Origin: an uncultured delta proteobacterium
GTDB taxonomy: Bacteria > Myxococcota > Myxococcia > Myxococcales > Anaeromyxobacteraceae
Assembly: GCA_963766715.1 (NCBI GenBank)
Contig: CAVYBH010000012.1
Coordinates: 608,001 to 672,000, forward strand
Direction of reading: 5' to 3'
Length of the DNA: 64,000 nt
Numbering within the stretch: position 1 is the stretch's first letter; every line of letters starts with the position of its first letter. Shown one piece after another: positions 1-14,719 of the stretch. The position numbers were made by a program, and so were the translations under genes. The notes beneath the pieces are model-generated. The model saw nothing but the letters and a program-made list of their open reading frames with translations. It did no database searches and was not told where the DNA came from.

Positions 1-1949
1 GCCGCTGGTGGCGTCGGCCAGGTCGCTCTTCTCCGACTCCTCGACGAGCGGGTAGACCACGTACGCCTGCCGCCCCGCCTCGAGCTCGCGCCGCGCGGCG
101 TCGTACGCCTTCTTCCGCTGGGTGTCGCCGAAGGCCTTCGTCTCCACCGGGGTCCGCCCGGGCGGAAGCTCGTCGATCTTCGACTGGTCGAGGTCGCCGT
201 AGAAGGCCAGCGCCAGCGTCCGCGGGATGGGAGTCGCGGTCATCACGAGGACGTCGGGGTGCACGCCCTTCGCCATCAGCCTGGCCCGCTGCAGGACGCC
301 GAACCGGTGCTGCTCGTCCACCACCACCAGGCCGAGCCGATCGAAGGACACCCCCTCCTCCAGGAGCGCGTGGGTCCCCACGGCGATCCGGGCCTTGCCC
401 GAGGCCAGCGCCTCCCGGACCCCGCGCTGGTCCCGCCCCCGGGCCTGGGCCCCGACGAGGACCAGCTCGACTCCGGAGCCGGCCAGCCAGCCGCGAATCG
501 TGCGGGCGTGCTGGCCGGCCAGGATCTCGGTGGGCGCCATGATCGCCGCCTGCCAGCCCGACCGGACCGCGAGCATGGCTGCGGCAAAGGCCACCGCCGT
601 CTTTCCGCTCCCGACGTCGCCCTGGAGCAGCCGGTTCATCGGCTCCGGGCGTCCCATGTCGGCGGCGATCTCGGAGAAGGCGCGATCCTGGGCGCCCGTG
701 AACGTGAACGGGAGCATCCGGCGAACCTCGTCGCGGCGCGACGGGGAGGTGTCGAAGGCGATGCCGGCCTCCCTTCGCACGCCGCGCCGCTTCAGGGCGA
801 GCGCCAGCTGCAGGAAGAAGAGCTCCTCGAAGACCAGGCGCCGGAAGGGCTCCGTGGCCCGCGCCGCGGCCGCGTCGAGGTCGGTTCCCGCGGGCGGGAA
901 GTGGGCCTGGGCGAGCGCGCTCGCGCGCTCGACGAGGTGGCGGCGGTCGCGGATCGTCCGGCGGCAGGTCGTCGACCGCGAGCGGCGCCCACTCGTCCAC
1001 CAGCCGCTTCATGAGCTTTCGCAGCGCCGGGTGCTGGTGGTCCGCCGGGCCGGCATAGACGGGGACGATGCGCCCGAAGTTGGCGGAATCCCCCTCGAGC
1101 ACCTTCTCGACCTCCGGCTGGGTCATCTGCCGGACGCCGCCGTACCCCTCGGTGACCTCCCCGGAGACGAGGATGGTCTCGCCGGCCTGGAACTGCTTGT
1201 GGCGCCAGGGCGGAGGGTTGAAGAAGACCAGCTCCAGGCGCGCCGGGCCGTCGATGGTGGCCACCTTGAGCATGGGCTTGCCGCTGCGCATCCGCTGCTG
1301 GCGCACCGAGCCGACCTTCACCACCGCGATGCCTGGCTCGCCGACCCGCAGCTCCGACACCCGCTTCACGTGGGTCCGGTCCTGCCAGGCCTTGGGCCAG
1401 AACCCGAGCGCCTCCTCCACCGTCGTCCGCCCGCGCTCCTCGAGCAGGGCGCGCGGCGCCGGGTGGGCTCCGGGAACCTCGGAGAGCGGGGTGGCGAGCC
1501 GCCTGCGTCGCTCGCCCCGGCCGAGGACCACGGGAGGCCGGGCGGGCGGAGCGACCGCTTCGGGCCTCGGGGACAGTCGGCCGGCGCGGAGAGCCGGCCT
1601 TCGCCCTGGCGGGCGCCGGGATCCGCCCCCGCCTCGCGATCTCCCCGAGGTCCGGCGGGAGCGGGACGAGGGAGCCCAGCTCCGCGGCGATCCGGCACAC
1701 GGCCGCCAGCCTCTCGGGAACGGGGCGCCGATCGAAGGCGTCCGCCTCCCCGGCCAGCCTGGCGAGCGCCGGGCTCTCGGGCGCGCCGGCCTTCCGGGCC
1801 AGCTGGATCGCCCCCCGAACCGTCTTCCCGAGCCCGGCCAGCCGCTCCAGCGCGGCTCCCTCCTGGCGGGCGGCGAAGCGCAGCGGCGCGAAGAGCGCCG
1901 TCAGCTCGCGGGCGCCGGGTGGCGCCCCGGGATCCTCTCGCGGAGCCAT
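1..1949 (-). CDS. recG: ATP-dependent DNA helicase RecG (runs off the window start; apparent frameshifts near 1550 and 960)
   Basis: Minus-strand translation gives [22 protein letters not shown] and [16 protein letters not shown], plus the wedge-domain motif LELVFFN. Confidence 0.93.
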
Positions 1950-1965
1950 CCCCCTCCCGTTCGAA

Positions 1966-2472
1966 CTACTCCGGCTCCGAGGGGATCGCTTCCTCGATGA
2001 ACTCGATGCTGCCGATCTCGTACTCGCGCTCGCCGCCCGGGGCCCGGACCTTGACCACGTCCCCCTCCGACTTCCCGATGAGGGCGCGCGCGATCGGGCT
2101 CGTGACGCTGATCTTTCCCTGCTTCAAGTCGGCCTCCAGCTCCCCGACGATCCGGTAGAGCACGTCGTCCCCGCTCTGGCTGTCCGTGAGGTGGACGGTG
2201 GCCCCGAACACCACCCGGTCGCCCGACAGCTTCGAGACGTCGATGACCTCGGCCGTGGCGATCCAGTGCTCGACCTGGGTGATCCGCCCCTCGACGTGCG
2301 ACTGCTTCTCCTTGGCGGCGTGATACTCGGCGTTCTCGGAGAGGTCGCCATGGGAGCGCGCCTCGGCGATCTCCTTCACGATGCGCGGGCGCTCGTGGAA
2401 CTTGAGGCGCCGGAGCTCCTCCCGGAGGCGGACCAGTCCGGCCGGGGTCATGGGCGTGCGGGGGTTCGACAT
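1966..2472 (-). CDS. greA: Transcription elongation factor GreA
   Basis: [18 protein letters not shown] and [14 protein letters not shown] motifs. Confidence 0.97.
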   Translation of the reverse strand: MSNPRTPMTPAGLVRLREELRRLKFHERPRIVKEIAEARSHGDLSENAEYHAAKEKQSHVEGRITQVEHWIATAEVIDVSKLSGDRVVFGATVHLTDSQSGDDVLYRIVGELEADLKQGKISVTSPIARALIGKSEGDVVKVRAPGGEREYEIGSIEFIEEAIPSEPE

Positions 2473-2478
2473 GTGGCC

Positions 2479-5729
<3,251 letters not shown>

Positions 5730-5820
5730 CGGGGGCGGACCCTAACATAAGGACCCCCCCGCGTGTCTGCGCGGAGGGGCCGGAATTCGCGGTTCCGGGG
5801 GCTCTCCCCCGGCCCTACGG

Positions 5821-7020
5821 CTACTCGAGGCTCTTCACCATCTCGGCGATGCGGTCCACGCCCTTGTCAATCTGGTCGAGCGCGATCGCGAAGGAGAGGC
5901 GCAGGTATCCCGGGGCGCCGAACGCGGAGCCGGGGACGACCGCGACCTTGTGGTGGTCGAGCAGGTGGGCCACGAACTTCTCGTCGGTCCCGATGGGCTC
6001 GGACTGGCCGGGGATCTTCTTGTCGAGGAGCTTGCCGATGTACGGGAAGGCGTAGAACGCCCCGCCCGGATCGAAGCAGGTGACGCCCGGGATGGCGTTC
6101 AGGCGCTTGACGATGTGGCCGCGCCGCTCGTCGAACACCTTCCGCATGACCTCGACCTCGGGGTCGAGGGGAAGCGTGAGGGCGCCCAGGGCCGCCTTCT
6201 GGGAGATGGAGGCCGGATTGGAGGTGGAGTTGTCCTGGAGCTTCTGCATCGCGCTGATGAGCGGCTGGGGACCCGCCGTCCAGCCGATGCGCCACCCGGT
6301 CATGGAGTAGGTCTTCGAGACCCCGTTCACCAGCGCCACCTGGGGGTGGAGGGTGGGGTCGACGGTGAGGACGTTCTCGAAGCGGCCCTTGTAGACGAGG
6401 CGATCGTAGATGTCGTCGGTGATGACGAGGATGTCCTTCCCCTTCACCTCGTCGATGATGTTCCGCAGCGTGGCCCGGCCGAAGACGGCGCCGGTGGGGT
6501 TCGACGGGCTGTTGACGATGACGGCGCGGGTCTTCGGGCCGACCGCCTTCTTGATGGCGTCGTGGCTGGGCTCGAACCCGTCCTCGTGGCGCGTCTGGAC
6601 GATGACGGGGACGCCGTCGGCCAGCCTCACCATGTCGGCGTAGCTGACCCAGTACGGCGCGAAGATGACCACCTCGTCGCCCGGGTTGAGCAGCGCCTGG
6701 AAGAGGTTGTAGAGCGCGTGCTTGCCGCCGCAGGAGACGAGCACCTCGGTCGGCTTGTAGGCGATCCCGTGCTCCTGCGCGATGCGCTTGGCGATGGCCT
6801 CGCGCAGCTCCGGGATGCCGTTCGTCGGGGTGTACTTCGTGAACCCGGCGTCGATGGCCGCGATCCCGGCCTGCTTGATCGCCTTCGGGGTGTCGAAGTC
6901 GGGCTCACCGGCGCCGAATCCGACCACGTCGATGCCCTTGGCCTTGAGCTCCTTCGCCTTGGCGGTGATGGCCAGCGTGGGGGACGGTTTCACCGCGTCG
7001 AGCCGCTTGGCGAGTCTCAT
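5821..7020 (-). CDS. aspC: PLP-dependent class I aminotransferase (aspartate aminotransferase-like)
   Basis: GAGEPDFDTP, NSPSNPTG and SKTYSMTGWRIG motifs. Confidence 0.88.
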   Translation of the reverse strand: MRLAKRLDAVKPSPTLAITAKAKELKAKGIDVVGFGAGEPDFDTPKAIKQAGIAAIDAGFTKYTPTNGIPELREAIAKRIAQEHGIAYKPTEVLVSCGGKHALYNLFQALLNPGDEVVIFAPYWVSYADMVRLADGVPVIVQTRHEDGFEPSHDAIKKAVGPKTRAVIVNSPSNPTGAVFGRATLRNIIDEVKGKDILVITDDIYDRLVYKGRFENVLTVDPTLHPQVALVNGVSKTYSMTGWRIGWTAGPQPLISAMQKLQDNSTSNPASISQKAALGALTLPLDPEVEVMRKVFDERRGHIVKRLNAIPGVTCFDPGGAFYAFPYIGKLLDKKIPGQSEPIGTDEKFVAHLLDHHKVAVVPGSAFGAPGYLRLSFAIALDQIDKGVDRIAEMVKSLE

Positions 7021-7133
7021 CCTCGGAATCTCCTGGAGGTGGGTTTCTGGGGCCGGTTGCCGGGCCACGCAGGATACCAACTCGCGCCCCGGTTGGAAAC
7101 GGTCGCGAGAGGGGGGCAGGCGGCCATCCCGGC

Positions 7134-7619
7134 CTAGCGGCGCGGGAATTTCTGGCGAAGCCCCTCGGCCACGTTGGGGGGTACGAGCCCGGTCACGTCC
7201 CCGCCGTAGCTCGCCACCTCCCGGACCAGGCTTCCGGTCACGTAGAAGTAGTCCTGCCCGGTCATGACGAAGACCGACTCGAAGTCCGGGTCGAGCTTGG
7301 AATTCATGTTGGCGAGCTGGAACTCGTACTCGAAGTCGGAGACGGCGCGCAGCCCGCGGAGCACGGTGTGGATGCGCCGTTGCTTCGCGTAGTCCACGAG
7401 CAAGGTCTCGAAGTGGTCGACCTCGACGCGCGGATCGGTGCCCACCACCTCGCGGATGAGCTGCTTGCGCTCCTCCAGCGTGAAGAGGGCCTTCTTCGAG
7501 GCGTTGTTGGCCACCGCCACGACCAGGCCGTCGAAGATCTTCAGGCCGCGCTGGATGAGGGAGAGGTGACCGTTGGTGAGGGGATCGAAGGAGCCGGGAT
7601 AGATGGCGAGCCGGGGCAT
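7134..7619 (-). CDS. coaD: Phosphopantetheine adenylyltransferase
   Basis: [12 protein letters not shown] and [12 protein letters not shown]. Confidence 0.97.
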   Translation of the reverse strand: MPRLAIYPGSFDPLTNGHLSLIQRGLKIFDGLVVAVANNASKKALFTLEERKQLIREVVGTDPRVEVDHFETLLVDYAKQRRIHTVLRGLRAVSDFEYEFQLANMNSKLDPDFESVFVMTGQDYFYVTGSLVREVASYGGDVTGLVPPNVAEGLRQKFPRR

Positions 7620-7635
7620 CGGCGGGGAGTATCCC

Positions 7636-8172
7636 CTACTCGCATCGATAGATCGAGATTCCCGTATCGCCGTAGGCGCGCCGGTCCTCGAGGGCCAGGC
7701 GGCCGAAGCGGTCCGCGGGAGGAGAGCGGCGGTCGTGCTCGGCCACGGCGAGCGCACCCGGCCGGAGCACCCGGTCGAGCCCCGCGAGAGCGCCCGCAGG
7801 CCCCTCCGCGTAGGGCGGATCCAGGAAGGCCAGGTCGAAGGCGGCCGCCGGCAGCGCCGCGAGGGCGTCGGCCGCACGGCGCCGGATCACCGTCACCTGC
7901 CCTGCGAACCCGCAGGCCGCGGCGTTCTCCCCGATGACGGCAGCCGCCCCCGCGTTCGACTCCACGCAGGTGGCGGAGGCGAAGCCGCGGGAGAGCGCCT
8001 CGAGGGCGAGGGCCCCGGAGCCGGAGTAGAGGTCGAGGACGCGGCCGCCCTCGAAGAATTGCCCCAGCACGTTGAAGATGGCGCCCCGCACCTTGTCGCT
8101 GGTGGGGCGGGTGCCCTCCCCCGGCGGCGCGACGAGCCGGCGACCCCGGGCCGAGCCGGCGACGATGCGCAC
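7636..8172 (-). CDS. rsmD: 16S rRNA m2G966 methyltransferase
   Basis: [32 protein letters not shown] and DPPY; usual rsmD-coaD pairing. Confidence 0.94.
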   Translation of the reverse strand: MRIVAGSARGRRLVAPPGEGTRPTSDKVRGAIFNVLGQFFEGGRVLDLYSGSGALALEALSRGFASATCVESNAGAAAVIGENAAACGFAGQVTVIRRRAADALAALPAAAFDLAFLDPPYAEGPAGALAGLDRVLRPGALAVAEHDRRSPPADRFGRLALEDRRAYGDTGISIYRCE

Positions 8173-8175
8173 CCG

Positions 8176-9181
8176 TCAGCCCCCGGCGGCGTGCGGGGCG
8201 CAGCGCCGCTCCCGGTCGTGCTGGTGGGAGTGGACGTCGTCGTAGAGGTGGGCGTAGCGCGCCGACTCGATCTGGATGGTGGTGTGGTCGATGCCGAAGC
8301 GCGAGCGGAGCTGCCCCTTCACGTCGTCGAGGATGGCGTCGTTGCGACCCAGGTCGTCCTCGCCGACCACCACGTGGGCCGAGAGCGCATAGAGGCCGCT
8401 GGAGATGGTCCAGACGTGCAGGTCGTGGACCGCGAGCACGCCCGCGACCTCCCCCATGGCGCCGCAGACCTCCTCGATGGCCAGGTGGCGCGGGACCGAC
8501 TCCATGAGGATGTCGGCGATCTCCAGGCTGATCCGGAGCGCGCCCCAGAGGATGAGGATCGAGATCCCCAGGGAGAGCACCGGGTCGATCCAGGTCCAGG
8601 ACGGCTCGAACCACATGGCGCGCCGCGCCGGCCAGGACCACCACCGAGGAGACCGCGTCGCCGACGACGTGGAGGAAGGCGGAGCGGGCGTTCAGGCTGT
8701 GATCGGCGTGCAGCCAGCGCAGCACCACGAGGTTCGCGACGAGGCCCACGGCCGCCACGCCCGCCATCACCGGAAGCTCGATGGGCGCGCCGGGATGACG
8801 CAGGCGATCGACGGCCTCCCAGGCGATCCACGCGGTCAGCACCACCAGGCCGGCCACGTTGGCCTGGGCGGCCAGCACCTCGGCCCGCCGGAATCCGAAG
8901 GTCCGCTTCTCGTCGGCCGGGCGGGCGGCGAATCGCACCGCGAGCAGCGCCAGCGCCAGGGCGGCCACGTCGGTGAGCATGTGCCCGGCGTCGGAAACGA
9001 GCGCCAGCGACCCGGACACGAGCCCGCCGACCGCCTCCGCCACCATGATGCCGGCGGTGACCGCGAGGGACAGGGCGAGCCGCCGGGCGCTCCGGGAGGC
9101 GCTCGCGCCGTGGGCGGCGGCCTCGTGCGCGTGGGCGTGGTCGTGGCCGTCGTGCGAAGGATGTTCGTGGCCGTGGGACAT
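8176..9181 (-). CDS. Cation diffusion facilitator (CzcD/ZitB-like), apparent frameshift near 8625
   Basis: His-rich N-terminus; SLALVSDAGHMLTD, AFLHVVGD, VHDLHVW and HTTIQIE. Confidence 0.92.
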
Positions 9182-9238
9182 GGACCTTGGCGCAGTCTAA
9201 TCCAGTCGTCTAGCATCGGCACCCGCCCCGGGAGCCCG

Positions 9239-12200
9239 TTGACACGATTCGAGAGATTCCTCGCCGTCCTGCTGGTCTCGCTCCTCCCGGGAGCGGCGTC
9301 GGCCCAGTACGACCCTGCGCTGCGCTGGCGGACGCTCGAGACGCCCAGCTTCCGGGTCCACTACTACGAGGGGGAGGAAGCCCTCGCCCAGCGCACGGCA
9401 GGGGCCCTCGAGCGCTCCCGGCTCCTGCTCGCCCCGGCATTCCCCGCGCTGCCCACCGGGAAGACCGAGGTGGTGCTCGCGGATCACACCGACGAGGCCA
9501 ACGGCCTCGCCACGGTCTTCCCGTACGACGCCATCCAGCTCGTGGCGACGCCGCCGGATTCCCTCTCCGAGCTGAACGACTACTCCGACTGGCTCTTCTC
9601 CCTGGTGGCCCACGAGTACGTGCACGTGGTCCACATCAACGTCCGGGGCGGCGTGCCGGCCTTCCTCGACGGGATCTTCGGCAAGGTGCTGGTGCCGAAC
9701 GGCATGGTGCCCCCGTGGCTCACGGAAGGCATGGCGGTGCTCCACGAGTCGGCCCCCGGGCACGGGCGAAACGCCAGCTCGCTCTTCGACATGTACGCCC
9801 GGGCGATGGTGCTCGAGGGCGGGCTCTTCCCGCTGCCCGAGGTATCCAACCCGCCGCTCGACTGGCCGCTCGGGAACATGTGGTACCTGCTGGGCGGCCG
9901 CTTCCTCTCCTTCCTCCACGAGCGGTCCGGCGCCGCCGGCCTGAGCGACTTCGTGGCCGAGCAGGGGCGGTGGGTGTGGCCTTTCGCCATCGGCGTCGTG
10001 GCCGAGGACACGCTGGGCGGCCAGGACTTCCAGGCGCTCTGGGGCGAGTTCGCGGGCGCGCTGCGGACCCGCTACGAGGAGCAGACTCGCACGGGTCCGG
10101 CGCTCCCCGGTGACCGCGCCGGAATGGATCACCCGCCGGGGCGCGCGCGTCCTCCACCCCCGATGGTCGCCGGACGGCAGCTTCGTCGCCTACTGGGACC
10201 GCGGGCTCGACGGGCCGCAGGGGATCCGTCGCGCCACCCCGGACGGCAAGGACCTCGGGCTCGCCGTCGAGATCGTCGCCAACGGGACCTTCGCGCTGCG
10301 CTCCCCCGTCGAGGCCATCGTGGCCGTCGAGGATTACTACCAGTACTACTGGCTCTGGAGCGACCTCTGGCGCGTGGACCTGGACACGGGGCGCCGGACG
10401 CGGCTGACCCGCGGGGAGCGGGCCACCGATCCCGACGTCCGCCCGGGCGGAGACGTCGTGGCCTACGTGGCGCGCGTCGCCCCCGGGGAGATGGCGCTCA
10501 AGCGGCTCTGGCTCGACGACGGGCGGATGGAGACGCTCTTCCACCTGCCGGGTGCGCAGGTGTACCTGCCCCGCATCTCCCCGGACGGCCGGCGGATCGC
10601 CTTCGAGCTCCAGGTGGGCGCGCGACGGGACATCGCCGTCTGGGAGGACGGGCGGGTGGTCCGGGTGACGAACGACGATGCCCTCGACACGAGCCCGGAG
10701 TGGCTGCCGGACGGCCGCCTCCTCTTCTCCTCCGACCGGACCGGGATCTACGACCTGTACGTCTTCGAGGCCGGACCGGACGGCTGGGCCCACCCCGTCG
10801 AGGCGCCCTTGCCTCCGCTGGTGCCGCCCGTCGCCTCCCACCCTCCTCTCGCTCGTGCCCCCGGAATCGCCGCCCGCGGAGCCAGGCCCTCCCGTCGATC
10901 CCGATCCCGCCCCTCCGGAGGTCCTCGTGGTGCCGGGCCGGATCCTGCAGGTGAGCAACTCGGAGATGGGCGCGATGCAGCCCGCGGCGTCCCCGGACGG
11001 CGGGCGCGTCGCCTACGTGTCCTACTCGCGGGCCGGATACGACCTGGCCCGCCTCGAGCTCACCGGCCGCGCCTACCCTCCGGCGCCGGAGGCGCTTCCC
11101 CGGACGGCGGCGCTTCCGTACGACCACGATCCCGGCTACGCCTCGGTACCCTACGATCCCTGGCCGATGCTCGTGCCCCGGTACTGGCTGCCGGTCTTCG
11201 GGTGGGACGCCGCAGGGTTCACGCTGGGTGCGTTGAGCTCGGCGTCCGACGTGGTGGGGCTCCACTCCTGGGCCGGCGACCTGCGCTGGAGCTTCGGGAC
11301 GGCGTCCCCCGTCTACGACGTGTCCTATCTCGGCCAGTGGATGCGGACGCCGCTCCTCGCGTCGTCGTCCCGCTGGATCACCGCCGCCCCCGGGCCTGAC
11401 CGGCGTCAACCAGGAGGTCTGGACGCCGCTGCGCGCCTCCCTGCTCCTCCCGTTCCGGGAGCTGTACCGGGAGCTCACGTTCTCGCTGGGCTGGAGCGGC
11501 ACCTTCTACCGGGCCCTGAACCCGCCGCCCGGTCCCTTGCCGCTCGCCGATGGCTTCCGGAGCATGATCGGCGCGGGCGTCGCCTACGACGACACCCGGC
11601 AGTACGTGAACAGCATCTCCCGCATCTCCGGATTCCAGGCATCGCTCGCCGGGGGCGTGACCGCGCCGGCGCTGGGGAGCGACTACGACTACGCGTGGGG
11701 CGAGGCCGCCTGGAACGGGTACCTGCGCGTTCCCTGGACCGAGCAATGGGTGTTCGCGCTCCACCTCGCCTACGGGACCTCGGTCGGGACCTTCGGGGGT
11801 CAGTACCCGTTCACCCTCGGCGGCATCCCGCCGCCCGACGTGGCCGGCCTGCTCCTCGGGGCCCTCGGCTTCGCCTCCGTCGGGTCCCAGCCCGACCAGC
11901 TTCGGGGCTACCCGTCGGGCCTCTTCCAGGGCAGCCACCTCGCCAGCGGGACGTTCGAGCTCCGCTTCCCCATCGCGGCTCCGCAGTGGGGCATCTCCAC
12001 CTGGCCCGTCTTCCTCCGGCGGCTCTCCGGCGCCGCCTTCCTCGACGCGGGGATCGCCTGGGTGCCCTTCGCGGGCGTGCCGTGGTGGCAGCGGATCCGC
12101 TTCGGCGCCGGGGCGGAGCTGGACGCGGAGCTGGTCCTGGGCTTCTACATCCCCGTCACGCTGCGAATCGGCATCGGCCAGGGGCTCGGGCCCCTGCTCG

Positions 12201-12268
12201 CCCCGGGGAGCCCGTCCGACCCTTACGCCGGGACGCAGTTCTATGTGACACTCGGCCAGTCGTTCTGA
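9239..12268 (+). CDS. Exported multidomain protein: HExxH metallopeptidase + TolB/PD40 beta-propeller + Omp85/BamA-type barrel (apparent frameshifts near 10090, 10850, 11390)
   Basis: Signal peptide ending ASA-QYD; AHEYVH and WLTEGMA; repeated P.WSPDG/ISPDG units; C-terminal LRGY, ELRFP and terminal Phe (GQSF). Confidence 0.82.
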
Positions 12269-12281
12269 CCGCCGGTCGCGC

Positions 12282-12310
12282 TTGCGAGGTCCGGCGACCG
12301 GTGCTAGAAC
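12282..12310 (+). promoter_or_regulatory. Sigma70-like promoter of tRNA-Thr
   Basis: TTGCGA-N17-TAGAAC with an extended TG, ending 21 nt before the tRNA. Confidence 0.55.
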
Positions 12311-12331
12311 GCCCGGCGTTTCCACGTCTTC

Positions 12332-12407
<76 letters not shown>

Positions 12408-12571
12408 CAAACGACGATCACGCGGCTCGCGGCGCCCCCAGGGGTTCGCTCGAGCCCTTTTGTGTCGCCGCCAATTCTCGAACAAGGCCTGCGGATTGGG
12501 GCTGCGGCGGAACGCCCGCAGCCCCTAGTGTCAGGGAAGAAGACTCGTCGTCGTGGCCCGGGGGGGCCGAC

Positions 12572-12968
12572 ATGGCGAAGATGAAACTCACGCCGGCAGG
12601 TGCGACCGACGGGCCCCGGTGGTGCTCGTCGCTACCGCCGTGCCGGCCGATCGAGCCTTCTTCTCGCAGCTCCTCGAGGGCGCGGGCTGCGAGGTCGTCC
12701 TCGCGGTCGACGGCCAGGATGCCTTCCGGAAGGTCGTCCTCTTCTGGCCCGGCTCATCGTCCTCGACCTGGACCTGCCGCTCCTGAGCGGCCGGGAGTTT
12801 CTCCGGATCAGGTCCGAACACGAGCGCCTGACCCTCATCCCCGTGATCGTCATCGCCGACGGTTCCCCGCATCCGGAGGTCGGGGCGGTCGTCGCGAGGC
12901 CCTTCGTCCCCGAGCAGGTCCTCGCCGACGTTCGCCGGCTGGCGGGCTTCCTGAAGCGAACGGCCTGA
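12572..12968 (+). CDS. Stand-alone, atypical response-regulator receiver domain (apparent frameshifts near 12618 and 12750)
   Basis: AVDGQDAF, LIVLDLDLPLLSGREFL, IPVIVI and RPF in joined frames. Confidence 0.7.
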
Positions 12969-13070
12969 TTCGCCGGTCACCCGGGGGGAGCCGGGTCCCC
13001 CGTGTCCCTTGACTGCGCGTATTGGCCTTCCACCCCGGGGCTTGCTAGCCTTCGAGTCAAGGGGGTCGTC

Positions 13071-13292
13071 ATGCCTCGTGCGACGACGAGAGAGACGTCG
13101 AGATTTCCTTCCGTGGTCCTGGCCGGCGCCGGCCTCGCGCTGGGCGTGGCCCTGGTCCACGACACGCTCGACAGCCGCGTGATGACGGCGGCGAGCATCT
13201 TCCACTCGCCGATCGTGGCGGTGGGAGGCGTGCTCGGGGTGCTCATGGCCGCCGTTCTCGCCTGGGACCTCTTCACGTCCCGGCGGGGCTGA
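13071..13292 (+). CDS. Small hypothetical membrane protein
   Basis: Two hydrophobic stretches; GGGGG before the ATG; abuts the next gene. Confidence 0.55.
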   Translation: MPRATTRETSRFPSVVLAGAGLALGVALVHDTLDSRVMTAASIFHSPIVAVGGVLGVLMAAVLAWDLFTSRRG

Positions 13293-13297
13293 GCTCC

Positions 13298-13678
13298 ATG
13301 GCCGTGCGGGCGGCCGCCCTGCTCTCCTGCCTCTTCGCGCTCGCAGGCTGCCAGTCCTCCGCCAAGTACACCGTCCCATCCGCCGCCATCAATTCCGCCC
13401 TCGCCGCCGGCGCCTCCGTGGCCCAGAAGTCGGCGGGCGGATGCTACGCCACGTGCGTCGGCGGCACGATGTGCAACCCCCGCACGGGATTCTGCGAGTC
13501 GCCCGGCGTGGTCTGCATCGGCAGCGAGGCCGAGTCTCCGGCCTGCCTGAACCGGCCCGGCACCACCATGGACACCTCGGCCGCCGGGCCATCCGTCCAG
13601 CCGCCGACGAGCCTGCCCTTCGGCATCTCCCCGGCGACCGGTGGCGTTCCTCCTCCGCCGGGGACCCGGCCACAGTAA
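13298..13678 (+). CDS. Cys-rich putative lipoprotein
   Basis: Lipobox LAGC; GGCYATCVGGTMCNPRTGFCE; Pro-rich tail. Confidence 0.75.
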   Translation: MAVRAAALLSCLFALAGCQSSAKYTVPSAAINSALAAGASVAQKSAGGCYATCVGGTMCNPRTGFCESPGVVCIGSEAESPACLNRPGTTMDTSAAGPSVQPPTSLPFGISPATGGVPPPPGTRPQ

Positions 13679-13690
13679 GAAGCAAGGACC

Positions 13691-14719
13691 ATGACCCGAC
13701 CCATGAACCGCCAGTGGCTTCTCGAGCGTCGCCCCGAGGGGCTCGTCTCCGACCAGGACTTCCGGCTCGTCGAGGGACCCGCCCCCGAGCCGTCGGACGG
13801 CGAGGCGCTCGTCCGCAACCTCTACCTCTCCATCGACCCCACCCAGCGGGGCTGGATGGCCATGGACACCTATCTCCCCGCCGTGAAGATCGGCGAGGTG
13901 ATGCGGTCGTTCGCCGTCGCGCAGGTGGTGGAGTCCCGCCACCCGGCGCTCAAGGCTGGCCAGCTGGTCCAGGGGCTCTTCGGATGGCAGGACTACGCCC
14001 TCGCCCGTCCGGGAACCTCGACCTCCCCGACCCCCGTGCCGGCCGGGGTGCCCATCGAGACGGCGATGAGCGCGCTCGGCCTCACCGGCATCACCGCCTA
14101 CTTCGGGCTCCTCGAGGTCGGGAGGCCCCGCCCCGGCGAGACCGTCGTCGTCTCCGGCGCGGCCGGCGCCACCGGCTCGGCGGCGGCGCAGATCGCGCGC
14201 ATCGCCGGCTGTCGCGTCATCGGCATCGCCGGCGGCGAGGAGAAGTGCCGGTACCTCGTGGACGAGCTCGGGCTCGACGGCGCCGTGGACTACAAGGCGC
14301 CCGACGTCGGCGCGCGGCTCCGCGCGCTCTGTCCGTCCGGGATCGACGTCTTCTTCGACAACGTGGGGGGGCCGGTCCTCGATCTCGTGCTGCTGCAGCT
14401 GGCCCTGCGCGGCCGCGTCGTGCTCTGCGGAGGCATCTCCCACTACAACGACGCCCGGCCCACCCCGGGGCCGGCCAACTACCTCGCGCTCGTCTCCAAG
14501 CGGGGGCGCATGGAGGGCTTCATCGTCCTCGACTTCCTGTCCCGCGCCGGTGAGGCCGTGGCCGCGCTCGCCGGCTGGCTGCGGGCGGGGAAGCTGAAGG
14601 ACCGGGTGGACGTGGTCGAGGGGCTGGAGAACGCCCCCGCCGCGCTGCGCCGGCTCTTCGAGGGACGGAACCGCGGCAAGCAGCTCGTGCGACTCGCCTC
14701 CCCGGCGTCCGCGCCGTGA
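13691..14719 (+). CDS. NADP-dependent oxidoreductase (PTGR/CurA-like MDR family)
   Basis: LYLSIDP, TAYFGLL, VSGAAGATGS, FFDNVGG and GRNRGKQLV. Confidence 0.92.
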   Translation: MTRPMNRQWLLERRPEGLVSDQDFRLVEGPAPEPSDGEALVRNLYLSIDPTQRGWMAMDTYLPAVKIGEVMRSFAVAQVVESRHPALKAGQLVQGLFGWQDYALARPGTSTSPTPVPAGVPIETAMSALGLTGITAYFGLLEVGRPRPGETVVVSGAAGATGSAAAQIARIAGCRVIGIAGGEEKCRYLVDELGLDGAVDYKAPDVGARLRALCPSGIDVFFDNVGGPVLDLVLLQLALRGRVVLCGGISHYNDARPTPGPANYLALVSKRGRMEGFIVLDFLSRAGEAVAALAGWLRAGKLKDRVDVVEGLENAPAALRRLFEGRNRGKQLVRLASPASAP

